DNA of 63,924 bases, filler included, from Lama guanicoe (taxonomy: Eukaryota), in the NCBI GenBank assembly GCA_013239625.1. It is 150 parts of 150 records of this genome, joined end to end, with 100 filler letters (N's around TTAATTAATTAA, not from the genome) between each part and the next. Parts side by side here need not be neighbours in the genome. Positions count along the whole stretch, not along the records: positions 1 to 326 come from PNXV01056236.1; positions 427 to 752 come from PNXV01056237.1; positions 853 to 1,178 come from PNXV01056238.1; positions 1,279 to 1,604 come from PNXV01056239.1; positions 1,705 to 2,030 come from PNXV01056240.1; positions 2,131 to 2,456 come from PNXV01056241.1; positions 2,557 to 2,882 come from PNXV01056242.1; positions 2,983 to 3,308 come from PNXV01056243.1; 142 more parts are not named here. One strand, 5' to 3'. The first letter of the stretch is position 1; every line of letters begins with the position of its first letter. The notes below the pieces were generated by a model, which was not told the DNA's origin, searched no databases, and was given only the letters and a program-made list of their open reading frames with translations. This document shows, piece after piece, positions 1 to 10,544 of the stretch. A program made the translations under genes and the position numbers.

Positions 1-104
1 TTTCCGGCGTTACCTGCTATTGACCGGAGTTCAGAGAGAGGCAGTGGTGTGACAGCCAGACGCAGCACTCCGGGCAGGGTGTGGGCTATCTGGACCCATG
101 CAGC

Positions 105-240
105 CCCACGTCAGCATCACCAGAGTGCTTGTTAGGCCTGGGCCCCACCCCAGGCCTGCGGCATCAGGATCTCTGGGAATCTGTGTCTTAACACACTTCC
201 AAGTGAATTTTACGCCCGGTTTTGAGAAGCACAGCTCTGT
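105..240. mobile_element. MER5A-like hAT DNA transposon fragment
   Basis: cagcatcaccagagtgcttgttag...gggccccaccccagg...ggaatctgtgtcttaaca...tttgagaagcacagctct resembles the recalled MER5A consensus. Confidence 0.6.
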
Positions 241-326
241 GTCATCACAGACAGACCTGAAGTCACAGTTGGAATGCCTTAGGCAAGTCCTTTCTTCTCC
301 AGAGGCAGTGATACCTGTCTCAGATA

Positions 327-426
327 NNNNNNNNNNNNNNNNNNNNNNNNNNNNNNNNNNNNNNNNNNNNTTAATTAATTAANNNNNNNNNNNNNNNNNN
401 NNNNNNNNNNNNNNNNNNNNNNNNNN
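327..426. other. Artificial contig spacer N44-TTAATTAATTAA-N44 (first of ~149 identical copies, recurring every ~427 bp to the window end)
   Basis: 44 N, TTAATTAATTAA at 371-382, 44 N. The 12-mer is self-complementary with TAA in all three frames, hence stops in all six. The flanking segments are unrelated to each other. Confidence 0.99.
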
Positions 427-2130
427 CTGCAAATTATGTTAAAACAACAACAGATGTTTCATCAAAGTCAAAAGGGATATTGCAAGAAATTATATACTTC
501 TAATTTTTAGAATCCTGACTGATAATAATCATGCAATAAACATTATGCATTTAGATGTGATCCCTGAAAATATAAATACTGTGCTAGTAGTGCAAATATG
601 TTATGTATTTAAAACATGTGCCATTAAGACGATTGAAAACAAAATTTAATTATGAGGATTGAGTGTTGATATCCCAAAGAAAAAGTTTTCATGGACAAGC
701 TCAATGTCCAATAATGGGAATTTTTCTGCTACATTAAAAAAAAAAGAAATAGNNNNNNNNNNNNNNNNNNNNNNNNNNNNNNNNNNNNNNNNNNNNTTAA
801 TTAATTAANNNNNNNNNNNNNNNNNNNNNNNNNNNNNNNNNNNNNNNNNNNNGGTGATGTCAGAACGTGGCCCGACAAGGGCAGAACGGGGAATGACACT
901 CACCAATCGTGACGTGGACAGGGGCCTTCCGTTCTTCTATTAATATTATCTTGAACTCCACTTAAAAAAGAGCCACCCTGCTGTGTTCGGTCTTGGGTGT
1001 GCACACCGGCCCCTTCAGTTCTCTGCTGTTGGAAGCAGGGGGCATTAAGCCCAGCTCCCCCCACTTTGTGAAGGGAGGCTGGAGAAGCTGACCTCATGCC
1101 TGCTCCTCGCAATTGCTCATACTGAGTCGCTCATCAAACATTCAAAGCCCATTTGGAACCACTCTAGCGGGATGGACANNNNNNNNNNNNNNNNNNNNNN
1201 NNNNNNNNNNNNNNNNNNNNNNTTAATTAATTAANNNNNNNNNNNNNNNNNNNNNNNNNNNNNNNNNNNNNNNNNNNNAGTGAAACAGTCCAGGGGGAAC
1301 CTTCAGTTATGAATTTAGGAGTCAGGTGGTGGCAGGAGGAAAGGAACTGTGTTATTCCTTCCTTCCAGATGACAGCTGTCAAAACCTAGTGAAACTAAGA
1401 CTAATGTGCTTTAAAGATAAAGCCTGAGTGTTTAATTTTTGCCTGTTTGATTAAATTTGTACACGTCTAAGGGTCATATACACAACATTAGTTTCTCTAT
1501 CCTAACGTCATCTTTCATCAAGCCTCCTTTAATACTTCAGTATTTAAAGGAAAGTGTAATTAAACAGTGGTCACATAGAAATCTTTAAGATATTTTCAAC
1601 TTTTNNNNNNNNNNNNNNNNNNNNNNNNNNNNNNNNNNNNNNNNNNNNTTAATTAATTAANNNNNNNNNNNNNNNNNNNNNNNNNNNNNNNNNNNNNNNN
1701 NNNNAAAAAAAATTTGCCCATGGCATTTAAACAGTTGTTTGTTGTCATAATTCATGGCTCACGGTCTTGTATTTGTCACAATTGGAAAATGTGTTTTCTT
1801 TGTGCAAATTCTCATTGCTTTGGTGATGCAGGGACACATGACCTTACTGGATGGAGTATGATTGTAGTTGTTTGTATTCTCTCCCTAAATCTGGAGTCCT
1901 GTGTTATGTTTCCTGGTAACTTAAAAAATAGGAATATTGTTATTTACCTAAATATCTAACCTCTCACCAGTGGTGCATATGAAATTGGTCCAAATAGGAA
2001 TTCCAATATTAAATGAGACAGTAATTTCACNNNNNNNNNNNNNNNNNNNNNNNNNNNNNNNNNNNNNNNNNNNNTTAATTAATTAANNNNNNNNNNNNNN
2101 NNNNNNNNNNNNNNNNNNNNNNNNNNNNNN

Positions 2131-2456
2131 TAACTTGATTTGTTAATATTTTGGTGGGGATCTTTGTATCTTTATTCATTAGAGATACTGACCTGTAATT
2201 TTCTTTCTTTCTTTCTTTTTTTTTTTTGGTAGTGTCCTTGTCTAGTTTTGGTATCAGGGTAATGCAGACCTTGTAGAATGAAGTTGGGGATATTTCTTCC
2301 TCTTCAATTTTTTGGAATAGTTTGAGAAGGAGCGGTATTAGCTCTTCTGTATATGTTCGATAGAATTCCCCTTTGCAGTTCTTGCTCCTGGACTTTTGTT
2401 TGTTTGATCTATTTTTTAAATTACAAATTCGGTTTCAGTAGTAGTGATCAGTCTGT
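2131..2456 (-). mobile_element. LINE-1 ORF2 fragment (reverse-transcriptase N-terminal region)
   Basis: ttttggtatcagggtaatg...ttttttggaatagtttgagaagg is the antisense of the L1 ORF2 [10 protein letters not shown]...ITLIPK region. Confidence 0.9.
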
Positions 2457-2619
2457 NNNNNNNNNNNNNNNNNNNNNNNNNNNNNNNNNNNNNNNNNNNN
2501 TTAATTAATTAANNNNNNNNNNNNNNNNNNNNNNNNNNNNNNNNNNNNNNNNNNNNCTCTCTCTCTCTCTGTCAAATGTGAAGCAGCATAGTGGCTAAGA
2601 AAAAAATTTGCTGATTGTA

Positions 2620-2882
2620 CTTCAAAAACAAATGAACAAACTAATGGAAAAAGGGATCAGATTTGTTGTTACCAGAGGTGGGATGTGGGGGTAGGGGGAG
2701 AGAGAATTGGATGAAAGTGGTCAAAATGTCAGACTTCTAGTCATGAGGCAAATAGGTACTAGGGATGTAATGTGCAACCCGCTGGATATAATCATATATG
2801 TTATATATGAAATTTGTTAAGAGAATAAATCCTCAGAGATCTCATTACAAGGAAAAATGTATTTCTTTCTTTTTCTTTCATT
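2620..2882 (+). mobile_element. LINE-1 3'UTR fragment (L1MA-type)
   Basis: gatcagatttgttgttaccagaggtggg...ggatgaaagtggtcaaaa...tactagggatgtaatgtgcaac is typical of L1M 3' ends. Confidence 0.8.
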
Positions 2883-2982
2883 NNNNNNNNNNNNNNNNNN
2901 NNNNNNNNNNNNNNNNNNNNNNNNNNTTAATTAATTAANNNNNNNNNNNNNNNNNNNNNNNNNNNNNNNNNNNNNNNNNNNN

Positions 2983-3296
2983 CGCGCAAGCGCGACCACC
3001 GGCGGGGGCCGGGCCTCGGGCCCCCTCCTCGCCGCCTCTCCTCCCCCTCCCCCTCCCCCGCGTCCTGACCGGCGGGGGGGTGGCGGCCGTGCGCCTGCGC
3101 GGAGCCGGCAGTCCGGCAGGGCCGCAGCCGCGGGGTGGCCGGCAGTTGCCGTGGGGACCGCGGGCCCCTCGCTCCTCGGGTCCCCTGCCCCTCGCCGTTC
3201 CGCACCGAGGCGCGGCGGACGACCCCGGCCTCCCCTGCCGCCGGCCCGGCCACAGCTGCAGCCGGTGAGCCGGCGAGAGGCGGTGCCGCTCCCAAG
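2983..3296 (+). promoter_or_regulatory. CpG-island promoter/5'UTR, probably RAB4A
   Basis: Very GC- and CpG-rich. It ends in ccggcgagaggcggtgccgctcccaagATG, which matches my recollection of the mammalian RAB4A 5'UTR. Confidence 0.65.
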
Positions 3297-3308
3297 ATGT
3301 CGCAGAAC
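3297..3308 (+). CDS. RAB4A: Start of CDS (MSQ...), probable RAB4A exon 1, truncated by contig end
   Basis: cccaagATGTCGCAG gives MSQ, and RAB4A begins MSQTAMSETY. The fourth codon (AAC) differs at the contig edge. Only four codons are present. Confidence 0.5.
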
Positions 3309-3834
3309 NNNNNNNNNNNNNNNNNNNNNNNNNNNNNNNNNNNNNNNNNNNNTTAATTAATTAANNNNNNNNNNNNNNNNNNNNNNNNNNNNNNNNNNNN
3401 NNNNNNNNTAAAATGCTGGCAGTTTCTTAAATAGAGAAATAACAAAAAGAAAGCAAAGTTTTCAAAGGGTAATCTGGACTGATGGACATGATGAGTACGT
3501 CTTGGGTGAGAAGAGTGACAAGTTAGAGGTATGCGGTAACAATCTGAGTGGAGGGGAACTTGGATTTGGCTGGTGGAGCTGGAAGATAGAGAAAAGGTTG
3601 CATCTCACTCTTTATTTAGCTATTTTCCCATGGTACTGCTATGTAGACAAAGCCTTCTAGCTTTGCTACACTTTCCTGATGGGGGGGTTTAAGGAGTCAT
3701 TTACACTCAAATTTCAGTCAATAATAATATTTTGNNNNNNNNNNNNNNNNNNNNNNNNNNNNNNNNNNNNNNNNNNNNTTAATTAATTAANNNNNNNNNN
3801 NNNNNNNNNNNNNNNNNNNNNNNNNNNNNNNNNN

Positions 3835-4160
3835 AACTGGAAATTCTAGAGATACAAATATAATGACTAAAATGAAAAATTCACTAAAGAGTTTTCTCTG
3901 TTGATATGAACTGGTTGAAGAAAACGTCAATTAGCTTAAAACTATTGAGATTACACAATCTGTGGAACAGAAACAAAGAGGAATGTAAAAAAAATGAACA
4001 CAGTGTCAGAGATAGGTGGGACACCGTCAATTATACCAATAAACACAAAATGGGAGCACCAGGAAGAAGGAGAGGAAAAAAGGGGCAGAAAGAATATAAC
4101 AGAAATAATGACTGAAAACTTCCCAAATTTGATGAAAACATTAATTTGTACCTCCCAGCA
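3835..4160 (+). mobile_element. LINE-1 ORF1 fragment (degenerate)
   Basis: Translations include EEGEEKRGRKNITEIMTENFPNLMK (L1 ORF1p EIMxENFPNL motif) and HSVRDRWDTVNYTN. Confidence 0.85.
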
Positions 4161-4538
4161 NNNNNNNNNNNNNNNNNNNNNNNNNNNNNNNNNNNNNNNN
4201 NNNNTTAATTAATTAANNNNNNNNNNNNNNNNNNNNNNNNNNNNNNNNNNNNNNNNNNNNTGGGAAAAGTAAGGCTAATAACAGACAATTAGATATCTTT
4301 TGGGGGGAAAATTATATTACAGTCTCAACTCATGTCATATCTTCAAATATATTCTAGGGGAATTAAGGAGAAAAACATAAAAAAGTCATAAAAATTTAAA
4401 AAATCTATAATGAACATCTAACTGAACTTTGAATGAATAAAGACTTAAAACCATGAAAAGGCACACAGAAGGAAACTATTAATCAATGTAACTACATAAA
4501 GATGGGAAAGATTGTATGGCAACGAAGATTTTAAGAAT

Positions 4539-4585
4539 CATATCAACAAGAGAAAGGACAAAAACCACATGATCATCTCAATAGA
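4539..4585 (+). mobile_element. Younger LINE-1 ORF2 RT fragment abutting older L1-like sequence
   Basis: Encodes HINKRKDKNHMIISI(D), the L1 RT motif preceding DAEKAFD. Confidence 0.85.
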
Positions 4586-4685
4586 NNNNNNNNNNNNNNN
4601 NNNNNNNNNNNNNNNNNNNNNNNNNNNNNTTAATTAATTAANNNNNNNNNNNNNNNNNNNNNNNNNNNNNNNNNNNNNNNNNNNN

Positions 4686-5010
4686 TTTGTTGTATCTGAA
4701 TCTCTATACCCATTATACATCTTCCCTTTCCCCCATTCCCTCCACTCCTGGCAACCGCCATCCTATTTTCTGTTCCTGTGAATTTGACTACTGCAGATAC
4801 TACCTCATATAACTGGAATCATACAGTATTTGTCTTTTCTTTGTGACTGATTTATTTCACTTAGCATAATGTTCTCAAGGCATAGCTATATTGTAACTTA
4901 TAATAGAATTCCCTTCCTTTTTAAGGCTGAATAATATTCCATTGTATGAATATACCACATTTTGTTTATTCATTCATCCATCAATGGACATTTAGATTGC
5001 TTCTACCCAT
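4686..5010 (-). mobile_element. LINE-1 3' end fragment (L1MA/MB)
   Basis: cctggcaaccgccatcctattttctg...atttcacttagcataatgt...ttttaaggctgaataatattccattgtatg. Confidence 0.9.
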
Positions 5011-5536
5011 NNNNNNNNNNNNNNNNNNNNNNNNNNNNNNNNNNNNNNNNNNNNTTAATTAATTAANNNNNNNNNNNNNNNNNNNNNNNNNNNNNNNNNN
5101 NNNNNNNNNNCTACGCCCTCAGGGGTGGGCTTTAAGTGACAACGGCCTGCCCTGAAGAGGAGCCCAAAATGCTTGTCTTTGAAGACAGGACTCCTGTGAG
5201 CACCAAATGCCACCAGCCTGGCATGAAACAAAAGCGGTGCAGGGGACAATGGCAGGAGAGGGGCTGTCCTCCTTTCCCTTACGGGGCTCGACCACGATTC
5301 GAGGATTCTGGAACTCTGCAGACAAACCACCTTTAACTTAGGAGGAACTTTTGCAATTTCCAAATACGTTTTTCCCAACCAAGCTGACCAATTCTAACTC
5401 AAGGAGCCAAATCATAATTGGCCTGATTTTAAGGATNNNNNNNNNNNNNNNNNNNNNNNNNNNNNNNNNNNNNNNNNNNNTTAATTAATTAANNNNNNNN
5501 NNNNNNNNNNNNNNNNNNNNNNNNNNNNNNNNNNNN

Positions 5537-5861
5537 TACAGAGCTACATTAATCAAGATAGCATGGTATTGGTACAAAAACAGATATATGGAGCATTGGA
5601 ACAGATAGAGAGCCCTGAAATTAACCCAGAAACTTTTGGTCTACTAATCTTCAACAAACGAGGCAAGAATATTCAATGGAATCAAGAGAGTCTCTTCAGC
5701 AAATGGTATTGGTAAAACTGGACAGCAGTACATAAAGCAATAAAGCTAGAACAGTCCCTTACACCATATACAAAAATAAACTCAAAATGAATCAAAGACT
5801 TAAACATAAGACATGATACAATAAACCTCCTAGAGGAAAATATAGGCAAAACATTATCTGA
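5537..5861 (+). mobile_element. LINE-1 ORF2 fragment
   Basis: YRATLIKIAWYWYKNRYMEHWNR and LTPYTKINSK motifs, with stops. Confidence 0.93.
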
Positions 5862-5961
5862 NNNNNNNNNNNNNNNNNNNNNNNNNNNNNNNNNNNNNNN
5901 NNNNNTTAATTAATTAANNNNNNNNNNNNNNNNNNNNNNNNNNNNNNNNNNNNNNNNNNNN

Positions 5962-6284
5962 ACACACACACACACATTTTCTTTCAGATTCTTTTCCATT
6001 ATAGGTTATTACGAGATATTGAATATAGTTCCCTGTGCTGTACACTAGGACCTTGTTGTTTATCTGTTTTATATAGGGTAGTGTGTATCTGTTAAACTCA
6101 AACTCCCAATTTATCCCTCCCGACTCTTTCCCCTTTTGGTAACCATAAGTGTGTTTTCTATGTCTATGAGTCTGTTTTGTAAATAAGTTCACTTGTATCA
6201 TGTTTAAGATTCCACGTATAAGGGACATCATATGCTATTTGTCTTTCTCTGTCTGACTTACTTCACTTAGAATGATAATCTCTA
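5962..6284 (-). mobile_element. LINE-1 3' end, cetartiodactyl/camelid type, after a (CA)n tract
   Basis: gatattgaatatagttccctgtgct...caaactcccaatttatccctcc...ttggtaaccataag...gacttacttcacttagaatgat. The same family recurs elsewhere in the window. Confidence 0.9.
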
Positions 6285-7289
6285 NNNNNNNNNNNNNNNN
6301 NNNNNNNNNNNNNNNNNNNNNNNNNNNNTTAATTAATTAANNNNNNNNNNNNNNNNNNNNNNNNNNNNNNNNNNNNNNNNNNNNGATTTTAAGGTCTCAT
6401 GAAATACCCAGAGGCTGGGCGGGGTGAGGTCCAAGGTTCCTTCTAGGATGAACAGATGTGAAGAGTGGACTGAGAACTGTGCCAGAAGCCAGGAGACGTG
6501 GGTCCCAAATGCTTTCATTTACAAGCTATGTGATGACACCTGGCTGAGCGTCAGCTTCCTCAGACACACCCCGTAGGGCGGCAGGGAGGATTCTGCCCAG
6601 CACTGGACACACATCTTGGATAAAATCAATGCCGGAAATCCATTAGGACTTGGCTTTCTCAATGTCTTGCATTTGAAGCCTTCCTTCCCACCCAGGTCTT
6701 CATCAACAGCNNNNNNNNNNNNNNNNNNNNNNNNNNNNNNNNNNNNNNNNNNNNTTAATTAATTAANNNNNNNNNNNNNNNNNNNNNNNNNNNNNNNNNN
6801 NNNNNNNNNNTGTTTACCTGGGGTTGAAGGTGGGTACACGACTTGACCTCAGATGGGCACGTGGGGACTTTCTTAGGTGGCAGATGTGTTCTAGAACTAG
6901 ACAGTGTAACACAGACAGGGTAGTAGATGCACAACCACATACATTTGCTAAAAATCAAGCTGTAGAATTAAAATGGGTAAAACTGATGGCTTGTATATTA
7001 CATCTCAATTGAGCTAAAAAGCAAAAACTCCCAAATTAAAAAAAAAATCACCTCTGGCTCCAAGAAGATTTTACCCTTAAAAAAAAATTTTATTTTGACA
7101 ATTGAACTTCATGGTTATTGAGTTGGCTTATTGACTNNNNNNNNNNNNNNNNNNNNNNNNNNNNNNNNNNNNNNNNNNNNTTAATTAATTAANNNNNNNN
7201 NNNNNNNNNNNNNNNNNNNNNNNNNNNNNNNNNNNNTTAAATTTTCCACAATAAGCACAAAATAATGTTTTCCAGCAAAATACTGATGC

Positions 7290-7550
7290 ACATTGTTGCT
7301 AAAGGCAAAGAAGAGACCAAAGCTACAGAAGCATCCTTCAAAGTCACGTTCCTTACAGCATAAAAAGAGCAAGTGTCACTCCTGACAGGCTTATAAAGGG
7401 ATCCCCACTATAACAAATATTATATTTTGAAAGAAGAACAAATCATTGGTAAAATTCCTTTATCAAAGGATAAAGATGGACATGGCGTAACAACAGTAGT
7501 ATCTAATGTAAAAGAGCAATTTTTCTTTCACACAGTACAGGCTCACAATT
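7290..7550 (+). mobile_element. Decayed hAT (Charlie/Buster-type) transposase coding fragment
   Basis: KATEASFKVTFLTA* and GKIPLSKDKDG...VVSNVKEQ resemble the Charlie transposase motifs KATEASYxVS and IPLSNDT..RRI. Stops and frameshifts are present. Confidence 0.6.
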
Positions 7551-8090
7551 GGGGGAAAAAAANNNNNNNNNNNNNNNNNNNNNNNNNNNNNNNNNNNNNN
7601 NNNNNNTTAATTAATTAANNNNNNNNNNNNNNNNNNNNNNNNNNNNNNNNNNNNNNNNNNNNGGCTGTCCGCTACAGCATCTCGGCCCCTCAGCGCTTGA
7701 CCCCCACCTCTCCCAAACGTGTGTTGCGCAGCGGCCCCTGCCTCCTCCTCCATGGTGGGGCTTCAGAGAGTCCGTCTGTTGCATTTAGGGGCACCTTCAT
7801 ATGCGTCCTCTCTTACTAGGAGACACATCCATACACCAGCCCATCACAGGCCCAGTTCACTAGGGCCTCGGCTTGTGTATGGCAGGCTTTGTATTTTTTA
7901 AATGCTTTTTAATTTGTATTCTTGATCCAATCAGCTTTATCTGCATCCTGTCTGCCATTATGGCTTCAGGGAAAGGGAGGAGATAAATNNNNNNNNNNNN
8001 NNNNNNNNNNNNNNNNNNNNNNNNNNNNNNNNTTAATTAATTAANNNNNNNNNNNNNNNNNNNNNNNNNNNNNNNNNNNNNNNNNNNNCC

Positions 8091-8414
8091 GGACGCCTCA
8101 GCCCCCCAGCGGCACCGGAGGAGCGGCCGGCCGCGGACACGCGCTCCATCGTCTCGGGCTACTCCACCCTGTCCACCATGGACCGCAGCGTGTGCTCGGG
8201 CGCCGGAGGCCGGCGGGCGGGCGCCGGGGACGAGGCGGACGACGAGCGGAGCGAGCTGAGCCACGTGGAGACGGACACGGAGGGCGGCGCGGGGCCGGGG
8301 GGGCGCCCGGCGCGCCGGCCCTCGTTCACCTCGCACCACCTGATGCCCGGCGACACCCTGGCGCGGCGCCGCCTGGCCCGGAGCCGCGGGGACGGCGGGG
8401 GCGGGGGCGTGGGC
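8091..8414 (+). CDS. ARHGAP23: Rho GTPase-activating protein 23, fragment of GC-rich C-terminal exon
   Basis: Open frame across the contig: [65 protein letters not shown]...[23 protein letters not shown]. This matches the recalled ARHGAP23 C-terminal region. Confidence 0.88.
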
Positions 8415-8516
8415 NNNNNNNNNNNNNNNNNNNNNNNNNNNNNNNNNNNNNNNNNNNNTTAATTAATTAANNNNNNNNNNNNNNNNNNNNNNNNNNNNNN
8501 NNNNNNNNNNNNNNTG

Positions 8517-8591
8517 AGGAACAAAGAGATCAAGAGTGCCTTTAAAAAGGCTGTGGGGAAGGCAAAGTTTTCTGTAAGATTCATATTTTAA
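8517..8591 (+). CDS. Olfactory receptor C-terminus and stop codon (OR5B-like)
   Basis: (L)RNKEIKSAFKKAVGKAKFSVRFIF*, carrying the canonical OR SLRNKE helix-8 motif. TAA is at 8589-8591. Confidence 0.85.
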   Translation, partial: RNKEIKSAFKKAVGKAKFSVRFIF

Positions 8592-9366
8592 TTGTGTAGA
8601 ATCAACAATGGGACAGTTTCATACATTTCAGGCGACATGGGGAAAATATTGACTTGCTTCATCAAGAGTCTTATGACCTACTGGAGTACTTCCCCCATGC
8701 TCTTTTAAGTCTATGAAGCAAATGTGTCTGTTTGTGATCCTTCCTTTGTGTATACAGTCAGGACACCAACTGATAGATTATCATTCAGGCTGAGCTGACT
8801 GGTCCTCACCAGTCTCTAGGAATAACCTAGCCTAGCTTTTNNNNNNNNNNNNNNNNNNNNNNNNNNNNNNNNNNNNNNNNNNNNTTAATTAATTAANNNN
8901 NNNNNNNNNNNNNNNNNNNNNNNNNNNNNNNNNNNNNNNNGCGTCTCATTGCAGATTCTGCGTGACCTGCCCTGCGTGGCCGGCTTCCCCGTGGCTAAGT
9001 GGGCAAGATTTCCTCATGTGTCACAGAAGGAAGGGGATTGGGGGGGGGTGAGATTCTGTTGAAGTAACCGTCAAGTGTGTAACTTGTCACATGGGTCGAG
9101 TTAACTTAAGATTAACATCACACCCAGATGGTAGAGGCATTTGCATTGACATGGAGGTGATGATACTGCTTCTACCAGTGGGTGGGCCTGGAGGAACCCT
9201 TCAAAGCTTGGTTAGAATGGACGGTGGTCCTAACAGCATCTCAGAGCTGCCTTCCCAGGTTCCAGGNNNNNNNNNNNNNNNNNNNNNNNNNNNNNNNNNN
9301 NNNNNNNNNNTTAATTAATTAANNNNNNNNNNNNNNNNNNNNNNNNNNNNNNNNNNNNNNNNNNNN

Positions 9367-9692
9367 CGCCCCTTGGAGCAGGAGAAGATAATATAGTGAA
9401 AAGAAGAGGAGGAGGAGGAGGAGAGCGCGACGGGACGGACGCGAGCGGGAGCGCGGCCGCCCTCCCGGCTCCGCCGCGGCGCCTCGCAGGTCCCGGAGGC
9501 GAGGGGGCCCCGCGGGGAGACGCCGTGACAACTTTCGTTTCCCCCCTCCCCGGAGGCAGCCGGGAGGTCGGCGGCCCCCAGAGTAAGTGGTCGTGCGGAC
9601 GGTGGGGCGGGAGGGCGCGGGGCCGGGCGCCCGCCGCCCGCCGCGCCGGCAGCATGGACGCTCTGCTGCGCGCCCCGCCGGCGCTGCCCTCC
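9367..9692 (+). promoter_or_regulatory. CpG-island first exon with 5' splice donor, gene unassigned
   Basis: CpG-rich with a (GAG)n tract. GA|GTAAGT donor at 9583, followed by GC boxes (ggggcggg). Confidence 0.6.
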
Positions 9693-10218
9693 NNNNNNNN
9701 NNNNNNNNNNNNNNNNNNNNNNNNNNNNNNNNNNNNTTAATTAATTAANNNNNNNNNNNNNNNNNNNNNNNNNNNNNNNNNNNNNNNNNNNNTCTCTTAA
9801 CCAACTCTTACACAGCTTACATCACTCATTTCCTAAACTGATCATCTTTCATTCTGAATGATTTCTATCCAAACACTAATAAACATTGCCAAAAAGTTCA
9901 TAAGACAGAATCAGCACCTATGTGACCACACAGCATGCTTGCATGAAAACAAGTCTACTCCTTAAAAATATAATTTATGTTACCTACGCTATTTTAAAGC
10001 ATTTTCGTCTTGGATACAATCTTTCCCTTATAGTGAGAATACATCACAGGCTGTGGATACAGTGAATCCTCCTTTCTTGGATAAATATTGTTTATCCTCC
10101 AACTTTCTTCTTTTTTTTNNNNNNNNNNNNNNNNNNNNNNNNNNNNNNNNNNNNNNNNNNNNTTAATTAATTAANNNNNNNNNNNNNNNNNNNNNNNNNN
10201 NNNNNNNNNNNNNNNNNN

Positions 10219-10544
10219 GATGTGTTGTTGGATTCGATGTGGGAAGAGGGAAAAAGAAAAGTCAGACGCAACCCCCAAAACGACCTGCGCTTCTGGAAGG
10301 ATGGAATGGCCATTTGCGGAGCTGCAGATGCCCGTGGGAGGAGCAGGCTTGGTGGGATGAGAAGCAGTCATTCGCTTTGGGACAAGTTTAAGACGCTATT
10401 TGATATTCAAGTGAGAATACATTGGGGGAGTGGTTGGATGTTTGCGAATGGCACTTAGGAGCCGGGTCTAGGTTGGAATTAAGTATTTGGGAATGTCCCC
10501 ATGGAGCTGGGCTTTCAAACCAAAAGCCTGGGAACTGTATCCAG
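10219..10544. mobile_element. L2 LINE fragment
   Basis: ggatggaatggccatt...ggagcaggcttggtggg...gtttaagacgctatttgatattcaagtgag resembles L2. Confidence 0.65.

Noticed and set aside
903..917. CCAAT next to TGACGTGG (UPRE-like)
   Set aside because: The spacing does not fit ERSE or ERSE-II and there is no promoter context. Such short motifs occur by chance.
5914..6231. 105-aa ORF, and similar ORFs at 46201-46436 and 49854-50168
   Set aside because: These are chance frames in L1 3'UTR sequence.
8089..8591. ARHGAP23 fragment adjacent to an olfactory receptor tail as a fusion or cluster
   Set aside because: They are separate contigs that are neighbours only because of equal length.
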